Shown piece after piece: positions 63,905-64,000 of a DNA stretch of 64,000 bases (position 1 is the first letter of the stretch; every line of letters starts with the position of its first letter). The DNA is from Patescibacteria group bacterium UBA2773. Lineage in GTDB: Bacteria > Patescibacteriota > Minisyncoccia > Moranbacterales > DUUL01. Position numbers and translations under genes: made by a program. The notes beneath the pieces are model-generated. The model saw only the letters and a program-made list of their open reading frames with translations. It had not been told where the DNA came from and ran no database searches. The stretch lies in contig DEIN01000008.1 of assembly GCA_002352465.1 (NCBI GenBank), positions 64,564-128,563 on the forward strand. Direction: 5' to 3'.

Positions 63905-64000
63905 TTTTTTATTTTCCTATATTTTCCATTTGAATATAAAAAATACAAAGCTAAATTCGTCTATTGTTGAATTTTAGTTATTCAATATTCATCAACCTCC

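Overview
This is a low-GC, gene-dense, mostly minus-strand-coded fragment. Its gene content and architecture suggest a reduced-genome bacterium, possibly Patescibacteria/CPR-like.

Core genes recognised from motifs:
- parB/parA, ispH, tgt, an LCP-family protein, pth, rodA/ftsW, mltG, folD, glyA.
- The rpmH-rnpA-yidC-jag cluster.
- A complete F1Fo ATP synthase operon (atpZ/I-like, B, E, F, H, A, G, D, C) with unusually long, repeat-filled spacers.
- lepA; an rmlB/C/D dTDP-rhamnose cluster with NUDIX and TrpR-like YerC genes; murJ, leuS, malic enzyme, cspA.
- tRNA-Ile(GAU) and tRNA-Ala(UGC) on the minus strand, and tRNA-Gln(CUG) on the plus strand.

Main hunt results:
1. A type II restriction-modification island directly downstream of tRNA-Gln: an XRE-type C protein, a small restriction endonuclease, and a convergent C5-cytosine methyltransferase with a complete LexA repressor (wHTH + S24 autopeptidase) fused to its N-terminus. 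Candidate Abi/HEPN-like neighbours follow.
2. A LeuS carrying an intact RBBP9/YdeN-type serine hydrolase domain inserted at the CP1 junction, a shortened editing domain, and an HIGG variant of the HIGH motif.
3. At least five families of conserved intergenic palindromic or structured repeats. One pair brackets a promoter-sORF-terminator cassette inserted between atpD and atpC.
4. An AT-rich islet at 38.4-42.9 kb with strong-SD small ORFs, a paralog pair, and two genes interrupted only by in-frame TAA/TAG codons.
5. Candidate operator palindromes upstream of yerC/rmlD and upstream of leuS.
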